Shown here: positions 25,606-40,848 of the stretch, piece by piece | Numbering within the stretch: position 1 is the stretch's first letter | How the letters are laid out: every line of letters begins with the position of its first letter | Source of the DNA: Ruditapes philippinarum | Lineage: Eukaryota | Assembly (NCBI RefSeq): GCF_026571515.1 | Contig: NW_026864078.1 | Coordinates: forward strand, 124,001 to 188,000 | Length of the DNA: 64,000 nt | Direction of reading: 5' to 3' | Made by a program: the position numbers and the translations under genes | Notes under the pieces: model-generated | Seen by the model: the letters and a program-made list of their open reading frames with translations, nothing else | Databases searched by the model: none | Told to the model about the DNA's origin: nothing

Positions 25606-28034
25606 AATAAATTAAAACATTTTGAGTGAATTATGACATAACTTTCTTTTGATTCCTGATCTTAACACTGTCTGTTTTATTTGGCTTAAACTGATCATAG
25701 TAGGCACTATTCCTATTCAATCATTACTTATTTTTGAATTTGACCCTAAAAATAGAGTTTATCTTGTAATTTATTTAGCCCGATAAGGGAAATCAATTGC
25801 ATATCAGTGTGTCATTCGCATTAATAAGGTTTAATAGAATACAGGTCATGATTTACTTTTCGTCTATCTCTACATGTTGTCATAAAGCCGGTTATATATG
25901 GAGGTCATAAGCTTTTAATACCACGGTTGCTTGTCATTTTCAGTAATTTATGAGACCGATGAAAATGTAAATAACTTTTAATGGCAGACAAAGGACTAGT
26001 TTATCATTGTTACAAAATCAAAAATACATTTTATGTGTAATTGTGAAACATTTTAATTGAACATTTTATATAAAACATCTGGAACTATATTTCAAAACCG
26101 CACCTAAATTCAAACTTCTTTATCACTACGAATATGTATGTCAACCGACGGATTGTTGTTGATATAAATATAAAAAAAAACTGAACTATAAAAATCACAA
26201 ACAAAAATGAACATTAGAATATATTTCTAAAAATAATATTAGATTATTACTTATGAGATCTATACTTTCTCAATGTAAACATGGCCCCTTTAATATGTCT
26301 ACAACAAACTTGCACAAATAATATGTAAAATAAATGAAGAAGAAATCGCTTCTGTACTTTCATTTTTGCACTCAGTAAACGGAGGCACTTAAAATACATG
26401 TATAATCAGTTGATTTAAAATCGTTCCCAATGTCATGTGATGCTTTGCTTCAGCAATAATTGCACATGCATCTAGAAAACACATTATTATTTCCGCTTGA
26501 CTTGTTGATCTTAATTCTCATTTTTTCAAGACATTCTTTTCCGGATACTGTTTTTTTGTTTACCGATGCGAGGGATATCATTACTGTAACAGTTATATGT
26601 TACATACGGTTCTTTTTTATGAATACCGCCTCACCTAAATGCATATTTTAAATCATTCTGCATATCGCATTCTATATATCAAATATCATTATGCTTTAGT
26701 TTATGTAAATTACGTTTTTGTTGTTAATATGATTTATTCATTTCAATATGTTATCACACAATTTAACTCATTTACAACTATAGTTATTCGTTTATGTTGT
26801 ACTTGTTTAGTCGTCCTATTTTTTCAGATCCATAATTATATCATGCAAGTGATACACAAAGACAGTCATATGGGTAAAGTTTTTAGTATGTAAGGTGTAT
26901 CCAGTTTGAAAATACACTAGTTTGAAATATATGTCCATGCAATTGTATTTGCAACATTAAAATGATCAATAATTGACGTGCAAGTTGTATGTAAGGTAAG
27001 AAAGAGATTTTAAGAACTTTAATCATCTTACATAAAATGCATAAAATGCAATGAATAGCATAGGGTCACGCCGATATAGTCCATGTGTTCCTTCAGAAAG
27101 TATTTAAGCTACTTTTTGCTTTATATGAGTAAACTAGCGTATTATAAATACTGAGAAAAAGTAAGACGATTTTTTGTAATAAGTGCGAATACATGATAGA
27201 AACATGACACTTACATTGTTAAATGTCACGTGTTTTTCTTGTAACGTTTGCGGTTGCTTTGTTTTTAATCAAAGAAAAACATAGAGGTGATCAAGTTGAT
27301 TGTACTCTTGTCAATAATGATATCAATAAGCACAGCATTTTAACCTAATTTAGATTAAAAATAGAAAGTACAAGACTATTTGCAACATATTGTGTGCTTT
27401 GTTGGCGAATAATACAAAATTAAACGTCCAGTGTCTTTTAATTTACAATTAAAACACTGATTGCGGTTGATCATTATGAGAGTGTTTTTGAATAAATAGA
27501 TTATCGAAAACAAAACTTTTGTAAATGTCATAAACACTTATGATACAGTCAAGTGCAAAAGAATAAAATCAAATTTTAATACTTCTTACTGCCACATTTT
27601 TATTGATTAAGAAGTTCCTAGCTTTAAGTTTATTATGATACTCTGAAAATGAGTGTTGTTTTAAATCTTGCTGTTGATATAAACACAGTCTTTTTCATTG
27701 TTGTGTTACTTATTGAACGTTTAACATGTAATGTGTTATTATCATAAGCTTTTTATTCTATCCCTTCATTACCTCTTTAATATCCAGTTACTTTGTACAG
27801 ACGCTGATTCATTTTTTTCTACAAATCAAAGCACAGTCCAGTAAAGTTACCTTTCATCAGTCACAAATCTCTATGAATTACGCAGTCAATCCAGACCTAC
27901 ATTTGTAACATTTGAAACGCTCTCAAGGTTTCAATGTTTCTAACATAATTTTTATCAGGGACAGTTGTCGGTTAATGAAAGCTATTGTAAATGTAAAGGT
28001 ATGGGCATGTCATATAAATCATTATTCAATAAAT

Positions 28035-28106
28035 AAACACATACACACACACGCACGCACGCACGCACGCACGCACGCATACACACACACACACACACAA
28101 ACAAAC
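28035..28106. repeat. Compound microsatellite (CA)n/(CACG)n/(CAAA)n
   Basis: acacacacacgcacgcacgcacgcacgcacgcacgcatacacacacacacacacacaaacaaac. Confidence 0.95.
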
Positions 28107-31100
28107 AATTATACATTACATACAACAGTTATATTAAAAATGATAAGCTTGTGGAGATATTATAAAGATAAAAACTGAAGTAGTAAGAAATGTACGACAA
28201 ATCAAACAAAATTTGAAAAAGTATCTTACGAATGAAACACCAACTTTGATTGAAGTATATATTTCAAAGAATCGAAAATACTTGCAGGACAGGTATTCAT
28301 TCATCATGCAAAGTCAATATCCTTAATATTGTGTATTGATTTCAGCGTTCTCTCGTGCAGCAAGTATTCATATATTGCACACTAAGTCTGACAAATTCGG
28401 ATTAAATGTCAGCTAATGTTATACTGAAATTTATACAATTCATACAAACGTCAACCTTCATCCGATATGCCTGTCAGATTGTTCACACTTGTCGTATTAT
28501 GTTCAGAATTCTATTGTTATTATATTTCAGTTAAGTTTCAGCTGCCGTAACAAACAACCAAAGGATGAGCACATGATCGACAAAAGAAGAGGCAATTTGC
28601 ATTTTTTATGATACTTGTGTAAGTTATACAACTTCCATGTTTACTTTGATACTTGTGTAAGTAATTCAATTTGAAGAATGATCGTTGAAAATGATTTTAC
28701 TGTAATAAAACGTAAAAAAAGCATTTATGTTGCCCCGTGTCTCAATTTATACGTAAAATTCGAAACAGTATGACAGTATCTTTATTTTTAACGTTGAAAC
28801 TGAATAACTCATTTACTACACGTATCTATATTCCCTAAACTAAACGAGAAACAATGAGTGGAACTAATTTAAATGGAATTGTGAAAGGTTATGAACCCTG
28901 CATATCACATATAAGACATCATATTAAAAACAGACAACATATTCTTAAGATAATTTAGTAGCAATCAAGTAAAATACTGTCAAACCAGAAAACGATTAAA
29001 ACGAAGGAACTAAAACACCACAATCATGCACACTCTACAATGATGTTCATTAATCGAAAATAAGAATCGAGCCTGCAATAGTTTCAATTTAGACGTTTTG
29101 GGTCTTCTTTAAAATATTTTTTTTTCTCTATTTTAGACTTCAAAATAAATTGTAAGGCATAACAAAAAAATGCCTATTTTATCCTATTAAAAGTTGTCCC
29201 ATGGCTCAGTGCGGTGGACTTATGTTGCGGATACGTTCATTGAATGCCGACTTTTCTCTTTTTTTCTTGTTTTATATTTCGAGTATGAAAATAGTAACTA
29301 AGAGAAAGGTTACTTGTAACTAAGTATATTTGTTGACGAACATCAGCCACTATACACTAAGTATAGAAATATTCCATTCCGAAGCCGTAAATGTGTACTA
29401 AATATGGTATCCGTTAAGGCTTAAATCATTAAAGGGCGTCAATGTTAATATTGTCAAGTTAAAAACTGGACAACTGAAGGTCTGTCTATCAAAACATAAA
29501 AGCATGTTGATCTATTTTACTTTGCTTTATTTACATCGTACTTGAAGATTTATAAATTTAGGCACAATTTAAATATCTTCAATGTACAATAATTGCTAGA
29601 TTTTGATAACAAAGTGAATGTAAATAGATAGAAAGTAGAGAATCTGCTTCAATGTGTTGTTATTTAGTTCTTAGGACAGACGAGAAGCCTAATCTTACAA
29701 ATATACAACATAATTTATCAGATTCACGTTAATTAGCATTTCTCCCTCCGAAACAGATTATAACTTAATTGTAGTATTTTTGTATGTAAATACGAATACC
29801 ATTGCATATAAGCCTATAATAAGTTTGAGTAATTATGACATGTTTTCAGATTTATTTGTGTAATAATATTAAGTAGAAAATACAAAACACATCGTAAGGA
29901 AAACATAACATGCCTTAAGCAAACTGCACCAAATTCCTAATATTCAAGTAATACAGCTATGATTACATACAATTATATAGACACCAAATGCATTAGACAG
30001 CCTTAAAATGATGAGTGTCTTCTCAATATATATGATGGAAATATCTACTTTACCTAACAGAAATTATGTTTTTCTCAAAAATTGTGTCTTTATACAAACT
30101 ATACAGTTCTCTGTATCTGTAAAATATTATTAAGTAAATTACCGAAGTGCATCCATTAGCTTTAACGGCAGATAAATGCAAAACAGCAAAAGGTTTATCT
30201 GTAATAAGGTTGAAAATTATAAAATTTGAAATATATGATGAATAATCTTTCTGATCAAGTAATTTACACGTCAATTGTATCTTAAGTCCTACAAAAATAA
30301 ATTTAACATAAAAGTAAATAGCTTTTATATCGCTAACTAATTGTACATCTGCATGCAGCCTCATTGTGTTTAGCAAAGGCGTTTCATTTAAGGCATCGGT
30401 AAACAATATTGTATTGGTAATTTAACTATTAAATAAATAATATCGAACAACTGATTATATAAACTCATTATAATAATTGCTGTTGTAATAAAATGTTATA
30501 ATGTATTTGAAAATAACATAATACACCAAATAAAGGTTATACCTATTGGTTCTAAAAAACAAACGTACAGAAAACATTAATTTTCTTTTCCTAAATCTGT
30601 TGCAATGGTTAAGTTTGCTTTGTCAAGTTTCCAAACGTAAATTTTGTTAGTTTTGCTTAGCTAATTTAATTCTATCAATAAATTTGTTCCAGCTAAAATT
30701 TGTTTGCGAATTATCAGAACGGAGCCAATTTATTCAAGTACTCGTGTGGGCTGTTGACACACATACACTAAGTCTTATCAAGTCATTTCTTTCCTTAATG
30801 ATTAAACCATAGAATGCTAACATATTGAACGGACATGTTAAGCCTTCCAATTGTTAAGAGAAGGGATTTAAGCAGATTGGAAAATTTAGCATGTAATGGC
30901 AAAAGAGTCACAGACAACAATGTCAAGAACCTTACGATATACTAATTAAAGCTAGTATACTTTTCCTTTAATTGTCAGTATTTCAAATTGACGTTCCTGA
31001 TTTCTAAGTACATGTAGTTCATTCATTGTATCTTTTCAGAAGTAAAGCTTGCAATGACATCAAACAAAATTAACAACAATATGAGAATAAAGATCAGCAA

Positions 31101-34100
31101 TGGGTCTAAAGATTAACAAATAAGGGAAACGTCCACGGAACGTATTATTGATTTGGCACCAGAAGGGGCACCAAACCGGCATTGGACTGACAAACGGGAC
31201 GGTGGTAGGACCGATTAGGTAATTTGATAAAGCGAAATAATTGTCTTTTAATGAGGATTGTGATTTGGTTTTGTTCTAATATGAAAGGATTTGTCTATAC
31301 ACCGGCTAAATAATGCCCACAACTTAACATATATTTTACGTTGCGTTCTTAAAAGAATTCGTTTTCTTCTGTTTTATTTAGTAGCCTTTAAAGCCTATGC
31401 AAAATTTAGTAAAAAGTATTTATATTATTTTGCTTTTACATAGTCCACTGTAGTCGTATTCGAATTCCTGTTATGTGTTCGAACTTAGGGGATATCACCG
31501 AGTAGTGTATTTTGTGTTATTTCTATTGACAGTTTGAATTGAAATATCACTTATATCTAAGTAAAAATGTGTTTTCACCTGTAATCTTAATGCATATGAA
31601 AGCTTATATAAAGATCCAAAATTGGTGTATAGATTCCACAATAAATTCTAAAATGATTTAATAACTATAAATTGTTTTTTGTTTTGTTTTTGTTACTATA
31701 CAATCATATGTTGATTGTATGATATGTTGATATGTTTGACAGAAATTAACTCAAAATGCATTAATTTTACTAAATTTAAAAATTAAAAACTTTCATTTTT
31801 GCTGAATAATTTTCTTTCTATATTTGTCACCATAAACTTGGTTTCTCTTTTTTCCCATTCGTGTGAAATATCATCTTTCATTTAGTCGAATGTATCATCT
31901 TAAGAATAATTCTTGGATGTACTTTTATGATTAGATTTACTTTTGTTGAAAAAGGAAACGGTAAAACAACACTTTCAAAAAGCTTTTAGATACGATGATA
32001 TGTGCTAGCTAAAACTATTTTGAAATAAATCGTGTTAATTGACTTTCTGAGGTTTGGAAATAACATGAAATGTCAAAGGTATAATTTTTTTATTTATTAA
32101 TGGTGCACTTTTATGAAGTTTTTGTTCAAAGGGGAAACGTTTGAAGCACATTGAAATAACACAATTTTCCTAAATTCTTTATGCATATTTAAACAGCGTT
32201 CACGACATGTCTTTGTCACAATTTTCTTTGACATGCTTTATCTTGTGAAATGCATATTTTTTATAAAAACGTTGACACATTGTAAGAACTTGGTTGAAAA
32301 TATCCTTTGTTATTTTCCGAATTCAGAAAGATTTTTGAAATGATAAATAAACGCTTTTCTTTCATCCAGAAGGGCAATATGTTTTGACTACAGTAAGTGC
32401 ATGTATGCATTTTTATTAAAGGAAAGTTTTTGTTCTACGGTTTTCGATGACTGAATGGATTACCCTTGTAATTCCCACAACATGCACATTAAGACTTGTA
32501 CAATAGCTTGAATTTGCACCAAACGTATTGACGGTGGCGATTGCGTGCTGCGTTCTACAAGTACTAAATACGGATAAAGATGTGACATTTATGTTCCCAC
32601 ATGTTGCATTCAACAACAACCAAAAAGAACAAAGAAAATTACATAAATGTTGTTACAAATGGCTATTTGATCAGAAACAATATTACATTTCTCTACACGG
32701 CAAACTGCTATTGGTTTTACTAGACTTAGATATAGACAATATGCTGTCGATACCATGTGCAATTATATTTAATTCATACCTGATGGTCTTTTGTAAAGTT
32801 TGTAGAATTTTCTTTCTTTGAAAATGGTTTTTAAAAATCCCCATTGTCTTCAAACTTGTATGGTATTCTCATGATATTACTGAAGAGAATTTATTGACTT
32901 CTTATTTTGAATTTATGTAAGATAAAAGCTAATGGATTCTCACAAATTATTCACCTCGTGGGATATCTAGGTTGTAAATAAAACATATCATAATAAAAGA
33001 AATATCTCAACGGTGAATGAAGCAAACTGAAAAGTCGATGCTGGGTTAGTGCATGGGGTGTTTTCATTGAGATTTTATGTGTAGAACAAACGCAGAAAAA
33101 AAACAACATTTTCCATTAAACAATTACGATTTTGCTGATATTTGTTTAATATGAACTTAACAAGTCTGTACGGTTAAAACCAATACATGTTCAACGCTCT
33201 CGGCAATATTCAATTCTAGAACAAATACAAAACGTACCGATGATAGTTGTTGTTACACTCCTATTTGTCTTTTAATTTGCCAATAGCGTTCAAGACTCCA
33301 AACTTAGCCTTTTAACATGTATTATCAAAGGACCACTTCCTAAAGGTTTGTTTCATAAACAAAGTAGTAAACATCCTGTCACCTAGTCGGTAAATGTGTT
33401 ACATTGATTGGCAAATAAACCGTTAAATGAACTGTTTGCTACAATAAATGGTTTAGATCATAATATGTTTAATAATGCTCTTAAAATAGGTATAGCTGTT
33501 CTTATTGTCTGTTAAAAAAAATAAAATTTAAGGATTATTCTTACTCTGGTCTCATGACTAAAGACTTACAAATAACCCTTAGCATTCACATTAAAAGCAT
33601 CATTATATATTATTTGATTAACAAAACACTAATTTATTGAAAATAAACTACATGTACGTAACAACAGAAATGTACCTCATAATAAACAGTTAAAAGGATG
33701 TGTTTAATTTCATTATTTTTATTTTATTTAAATTTCGTTGCACTTATTATTGTATCGTTCTGTATGTTTTTTTTTATTACACGTAATCGTAAATTTAAAA
33801 TATCTTTTGTCATTATATGTGAATGACTTATACATTTATATAATAATAATATATAAAAAAACCTTGCAAAAATGTAACGTTAAGAAATGTTTAATACGGA
33901 ACTTGACATTCATGCCAGTTGTTGTCCTTGAAGGTTTTAAAGTTTGTGTCATAAACAACTCATCAATTTCGATTATAGACGGATTTGTCAACAATGTGCC
34001 GACTTTAATATACAAAATCAATGCAAGAACACGGTAAAAACACATCAAACGATCCATTCATTTAGATAAAAGATATTTAATTAGCTAGGAAAAGTAGGTT

Positions 34101-35724
34101 TTATGATAAGATCTATGATTCGAGGAGATGCATTTGACTAATAAGTATCTATTTTTAACCCAGTCATAGTTTCCGTAGTATTATAGACATTTATTGAAAA
34201 ATAAAAATAAGGATTTTTACTACATTTCTGACCAATTGGGAATTTGTTTTGAAATTAAAATTTGAATGGACATTCAGTTATGGATAAAATACTAAACTGC
34301 ACACTTGTTTTATGTATCATCTAATCCTATCTTCATTGTACATGTATTGTAAGAAGTATTTTGCATAGCACTTCACCTTTAAGTTAATACTTGGAAATTA
34401 GTAGTGCCAGAAGCTTGCTTCAGTACTTTTATTTCTTCGTATAACAATATCATATATTACATAAAACTTTAATTATTTCTATTTTCGATTAGAACTGCGA
34501 CTTTATATGGGTGTGCCGTGTAACTGAAGCTACGTGACATTACAAAGGTAGTCCCTGTTGGCAGTAGGTCGCTAATGTTAAGTTAATCTATGATGCTATG
34601 ACAATTATTTTATTAAACCTACATCTTTAAGTTATAATTTCCTGTGAAAGTGTTATCAAATTCAATCAGTAATAAATAGATTTGTGTGGCATAGAGTACT
34701 TCTTAGTGTTCATGTATTTGTGCAACACTTTGATAACTGTATTTTATTTTAACATATACCGGCATCTTTATGCATTAATTCATTTTTGAAGTATTATTTA
34801 AGCGTACAGAAAAATACAGATTCCTATGTTATATGCTTATTGCTAATCAGAAAAATAAAATTGACGATAGGGTCTATGCGCGGGTATTCCGGAAGTCAAA
34901 TTCTAGTAATATATACAACTTTTAACATAATTATTATTATACTACAAATTTGATAAAATAATACAATGAATTGAATCTCAACGTTTGTTTCGGTTATATT
35001 GCAAACTGTTTGCATCTTTTGAGTTAGGAATTTACTAATCACAACGTTATGCTATCCCTAGTATGATTTATATATTACAATAAATAAATACTCGATGGCA
35101 TGTGAGGGAAGAGTTCATTCCATCAACATTCAATTTAAATCAACATAGTTTCGTTTATTCATTATTTTCATCCATGTCTATCTGCTTACCTCTAATTAGA
35201 GACGTTAATTAAATATCTCTAACATAGCATAAATATTACCTACTTACTGCTGCAAACCTATTTGATACACATTTCTCAACAGAGATGATATTATTTGTAT
35301 GTTTTACTGTAAAGCGCATGATGCCCCGTGAAATCCATAATAAATCAGAATATTATTATTTCTTAATATTTATATTTAATGAGACAGTTCTATTACTGTT
35401 TCTAAATACGGACTCTGATGTAAGAGGACCCTGGGCAATATTTTAATTTAGCTTATTGTGAAGGATGGGCAGCATGTAAAAAATGAACTGGTTAGAACGT
35501 ACCTAATATACACCGCAAAATGTTAACCTATTCCTCATTTACTTCTAACATTAATGGGGCGAGTTAACTAGCAAATAATAAAAATCCGCTACATTGTAAA
35601 ACATTCTTTTCTGAGACATACCACTTTGATATATTTATACGGAATAATTATATCAAATATTGCGAAGGCATATTTCACTTATTATTTCAACTATATCAAT
35701 GGTTTAATAATTCAAAGCCATGCT

Positions 35725-35845
35725 GTGCTTGCCTGAAATAATGCAAGGATGAGCACACTTCCTCCACCAGTAAAGATGGAACGCACATCAATATGACCTA
35801 CACTGTGTCGGTTTGACGGAAAACTCAATCAAACAAACAAATCAA
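35725..35845 (+). mobile_element. SINE 3' fragment
   Basis: gaaataatgca...cttcctccaccagtaaagatggaa...atatgacctacactgtgtcggt followed by a (CAAA)n tail. Confidence 0.65.
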
Positions 35846-36182
35846 AGCCCCGTAAATTTTAAATTAATAACAACATCAGTCACTTTTAAAGTGTGGTACA
35901 CTAAAAATGAAAAGTACTTCTTTCAGATATTTCAGATAGAATGTCAAGGAAATACTGTAAATAGTAGATGTGTTTTAATGACTGTTTGTAACCTGAAACT
36001 GTATTGAATAACAAAATATAAAACATGAACTATTAAATGCTGATAACGTGATATTTTCTGTGACAACTAGTTTTAACATATCGATAACTGTTTAGAATTT
36101 AAATGTCATTTCTTCTATTGTCGTTCTCAGTGTAATCTATTTTAAGAAAATGTTCAGAAGAGTCATATATCTTCCACATGAA

Positions 36183-36269
36183 GGGCGACCGTGGCTGAGT
36201 GGTTGGGGTCGTGGACTTCAAACCACTTTCCCCTCATCACTGTGGGTTCGAATCCCAATCAAACAGACA
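36183..36269 (+). mobile_element. 87-bp internally deleted tRNA-derived SINE with 14-bp TSD
   Basis: A box TGGCTGAGTGG, B box GGTTCGAATCC, tail AATCAAACAGACA. TSD ATCTTCCACATGAA at 36169-36182 and 36270-36283. Confidence 0.85.
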
Positions 36270-37178
36270 ATCTTCCACATGAATTATTGAACGATCAGCA
36301 TGTACAATTACAATAAAAGTAGTATATCTTTGAAAAATAAAGTGTTCAGTGCAATTCCTATATAATAACTATCATCTCGAAAAAATGTAATTATTGTAGT
36401 TTTTGAGTCTAATGACAAAATACTTTTAACCTTTTTTGTCCTATATTTATATCATATCAAAATCATTACTTATCATTCATTTGCATAAACAAGCAATAAA
36501 ATGCGTAGCAATAATTTTACATGGACAAACTTAGCTACTGTAACATAGATGTTGGTAAATTGCAGTTTTAATATTAATTTTTTGCATACTCATTTTGTAA
36601 CTTCGCATTATTACATAAAAAGAAAATACAAGTTAATCAAAAAAGCATTTTACTTTTGTGTTATATTCGCACATTTTGCTTTTAAATGGACAATGCTACA
36701 TGTATGCTAATTTTAACTGACAAGCGTGTCCGGTCAAATAAAATAGTCTTATTTGCTTGTGTGTGTGAGACGTACCCAATTGAATTGTTCAAGTTTGAGA
36801 CGCAATTGTATTTAGCTTTGGAGCGCCTGAAATAGATTAAATAGCACAGTGATTTTGGTAGACATAATAACCACGAGATACATATAAACATTTGACCTAA
36901 AACGGCAAACCTATTTTAGATTAAGAAAACAACAACAACAACAACAAAACTTGATGAAACAATAAATGTTTGATAAAAACTACCGACGCATTAATAACAT
37001 TGACAAAACTTTTTGCCACAATTCTTATCTCATTTGCTCTCTTAAAGTGTATGCGTTAAATTTATCAGTTTTATCAATGTAAAATCACAGTTCACTACGA
37101 TTTTTGTACATTTAATATTCTCTTTAAAAGGTAAAATATTAAAATTGAAAATAAAATGAAAAAATCACATCTTATTAA

Positions 37179-37620
37179 AGGTACTCAACTGAGGTTGTTT
37201 TTGCATGACTAGAATTATTTTTGTTCAAAATTAATATTGCATCTGATGTAGGTCAAGACCACTAGCTTGTGTGCAAAATTTCAGATCATTTGCTCTCTTC
37301 GTTTTCTCCAGGATGATTACTTTAATTGTAATAAAATACCTAAAACTGAAAAGCTTCGTAACGTTTTTGCCTCAAACGGACTAAAATAGCACAAAAAAAC
37401 GATTTTCAATCAATTTCTTAACATTTATTCCTTATTATAATTTGTATATCTTTCTGCTTTTAGAACGTCATTTGATTTATGTGACAAATTCTTTAAGGCG
37501 TTTGGACCTCTGTGGACCTCTGTGGAGTTTAATCTTTATCTTTCAGTCCGTTGAAAAAAAACCTCTGACCAAGAGAAGAAGAATTCTCAGTTTGTAAAAA
37601 TAAAGCAGTTAACGCACGGT
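37179..37620. mobile_element. Possible left end of a TTAA-type (Kolobok-like) non-autonomous element; right end not found
   Basis: Starts TTAA-AGGTACT and contains gcaaaatttcagatcatttg, a motif style I associate with such elements. No matching TIR seen. Confidence 0.25.
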
Positions 37621-39599
37621 ACAAACATATTCAGCCTTGTTAATACAATATAGATTATTTCTGAATGTTTTGACATGTTGTCATTTGCTTAGCTAAACAT
37701 GCGTGTGCTTTTATGTCCGAAGGGAGATACAAACTGTGAATTATCTGTATTATTAAACACAATGGTAAATTGTTTCGGACATATGTTACGTTCTGAATGA
37801 TCTGGAACTAAATTGAAAGATACATTCACAAGCATTATGTTTGGAAATGCTACTAGTACAAGTTTGGTTATTATTTTGGTTATAATGGCCGCAGTATGGA
37901 GTACATAGTTTACGAAGTGTATACTCTATATCCTTAAGTAAATCGTACCATTACTGGAGCTGCTATTTAGACAGATGTAAGTGTGCGGGTTCAATATTAT
38001 AATTATAATAATTGATGTATATTTAGTTCATGTTTGAACTCTATAACTACCTTAGCTCATTGACTGTGCATTGAGAATAAAACAAAATATTAATTTTTAA
38101 TAGTCAAATTGTCTCTATATTAAATCCGATAAATTTTATGTGACAGTTGTCAATACTCAATACTCAATACTCAATCACTATATTTAAAGACATATCTTAT
38201 TGCAGACTTTTGGACATATTGTTACTGGTGTGAATAACCAGACAGAAATATCGACTCATGCTGGAAGTTAATATGAATTGAACGAATTCTTGCATTACTT
38301 TACATAGCATTTTACGAGATTTGTCAGTTTGCAATATGTCAGTCTTTCCTGCATGATTGGGTTATTAAAATTATTACGTTTTCTTTACTACTTCCGTCTT
38401 TCCGATGAAACAGTTGTCATACCAATAATTATGATATTTAATATCAAAAAGTACTATTTAAATTTAATATTGAAAATGAGAATGATATTTTGTAACAAAC
38501 AAATGTATCAATATCAGTGTACATTTATGTTTGACTGTTTTTGTAAGTCAATAAAACTTTGTCCGCTGGCTCAAAATATTTACATTAACATGATACTAAA
38601 TGCTAACACATTAAAAATATCACTGTTTTATTATGATAGAAAATGTAATTGATCTGCTTATGATCATGAGCAATACGTTGAATATTACCTTGATAGTTCA
38701 CATAATAATTGTATAAAAAGTACGAATCTGCACGAACGAACAGGTATGGCCATTAGAAAATCTAAAATATATGGTACATTTTCTTGTCAGCTGATTTTTA
38801 TGTTTCTTTGATTGTTCAGAAACAATTGTTTAATTTTGTCATTAAAAAAATCGATATGAATAATGAGGAACTTAATAAAACAGCATAGATCATAAATGGA
38901 GGGCTTGTTTACTAATTCAGCGGGAAAAAACAAGCACGCAAAAGAGTAGCTATTCGGGTTTCGTGTTTAAAATATTAGATTTCTTCTGCAGATAAAAATA
39001 CTTCTGATGTTTTCTTTTAATACTCAAATATGACAAGTCGAAAATATGTTTTGCAGCATGACACATTGCATTTGCTTTACTAAAAAGATAAATTGACTGT
39101 TATAAGATGAATTGATTTGTCTGTTTATATTCAAATAAAAGTATCAAATCAAATTGTTTATATTAACTGCTCACAAAAATAGTCTAACCAATTTCCCAAA
39201 TTAGCACAAATAAACATATTCTTTTAAGATTTGTTAAATGAATTGAAACTGTATAAGAGATGACAGCGATGACAAGGACGTGGCTATCTTCTATCAAAAT
39301 AAGATTAATTATCTACGATATACATGACATTGATACAAGAGTTTTTAGAGCTTGACTTAGCAAACACTCATTTTCAATAAGCAGGTACATTCATGTCGCT
39401 GGTTAATATTCTGGGTCTCTTAAGATATTAAGTTTGGTCCATCAACCTAACAATATACCATTGCAGTAGTCCCACTACAATACAGTTTAACAAAAATGTG
39501 ATCTCATCAAATTTGCGAAAATTTTAACATATGAAATATATTTTTGACATGTACGGTGGCATAGATACGGTGGCATAGAGGTGACATTTGCAGTTTTAT

Positions 39600-39938
39600 T
39601 TTATCTCGTTGCCACGACTTATTATCTAGTGGCCACGACTTATTATCTTGTGGCCTCAATATATTATCTCGTGGCCACGAGTTATTATCTTGTGGCCATG
39701 ACTTATTATATCGTGGCCACGACTTATTATCTCGTGGCCACAAGTTATTATCTTGTGGCCTCAAGATATTATCTCGTGGCCACGAGTTATTATCTTGTGG
39801 CCACGCCTTATCATCTCGTGGCCACGACTTAATATATTGAGGCCACGACTTATTATCTCGTGGCCACGAGTTATTATCTTGTGGCCACGACTTATTTTCT
39901 CGTGGCCACGAGTTATTATCTTGTGGCCACGACTTATT
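39600..39938 (+). repeat. 21-bp tandem array 1 (16 units, TCGTGGCCACGACTTATTATC)
   Basis: Units counted directly; 12-bp palindrome plus 9-bp AT-rich linker. Confidence 0.95.
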
Positions 39939-40424
39939 TTAGCCAATGAAAATGGTCGTTTCATCTTGAACAAAATTTAATATCACACTGGCAATAGCAG
40001 TCACAGGAGGTGCGTGTCAATCACCACCATATATTCACTTAAGTTCACGCTTTTTCCCAGAGACGTGCTGAATTTCAGTAAGGGCTAATCAGCTAGTATA
40101 TCACTATAAACTGTATCGACCACATTAACACGTCCACTGAGTAGAGTCTTGTCATCACTAATTGGCCTTCTGTATTCTTATCTTATGGTCCTAACGTTTA
40201 AGGATCAAGTTTCTGTAGATGCAGTTTTTCATAAAATACACTTACTTTTATAAGTGGTCATCACCGGTAGGAAGTTAGCAGTAGCATTGAGTAGTAGCAG
40301 TAACAAAATTATTAAACATGAAGTTGGCAGTAACAGTAGCACAGCAGTAGCAGTAGCAATCAAAGAGGAGATCTTAAAATAATTGATATATACGGTGGCA
40401 TAGAGGTGACATTTGCAGTTTTAT

Positions 40425-40848
40425 TGTATCTAGTGGCAACGACTTATTATCTTGAGGCCTCAAGATATTATCTCGTGGCCAAGACTTATTATCTTGTGGC
40501 CACGACTTATTATCTCGTGGCCACAAGATATTAACTCGTGGCCACGACTTATTATCATGTGGCCACGACTTATTATCTCGTGGCCACGAGTTATTATCTT
40601 GTGGCCACGACTTATTATCTTGTGGCCACGACTTATTATCTCGTGGCCTCAAGATAATAACTCGTGGCCACGACTTATTATCTCGTGGCCACAACTTATT
40701 ATATTGTGGCCTCAAGATATTATGTCGTGGCCGCGACTTATTATCCTGTGGCCTCAAGATATTATCTCGTGGCCACGAGTTATTATCTTGTGGCCACGAC
40801 TTATTATTTCGTGGCCACAACTTATTATATTGTGGCCTCAAGATTTAT
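40425..40848 (+). repeat. 21-bp tandem array 2 (20 units)
   Basis: Same unit as array 1. Confidence 0.95.

Noticed and set aside
36183-36257. Possible tRNA gene
   Set aside because: A and B boxes are present but there is no proper cloverleaf acceptor stem. The TSD and tail identify it as a SINE.
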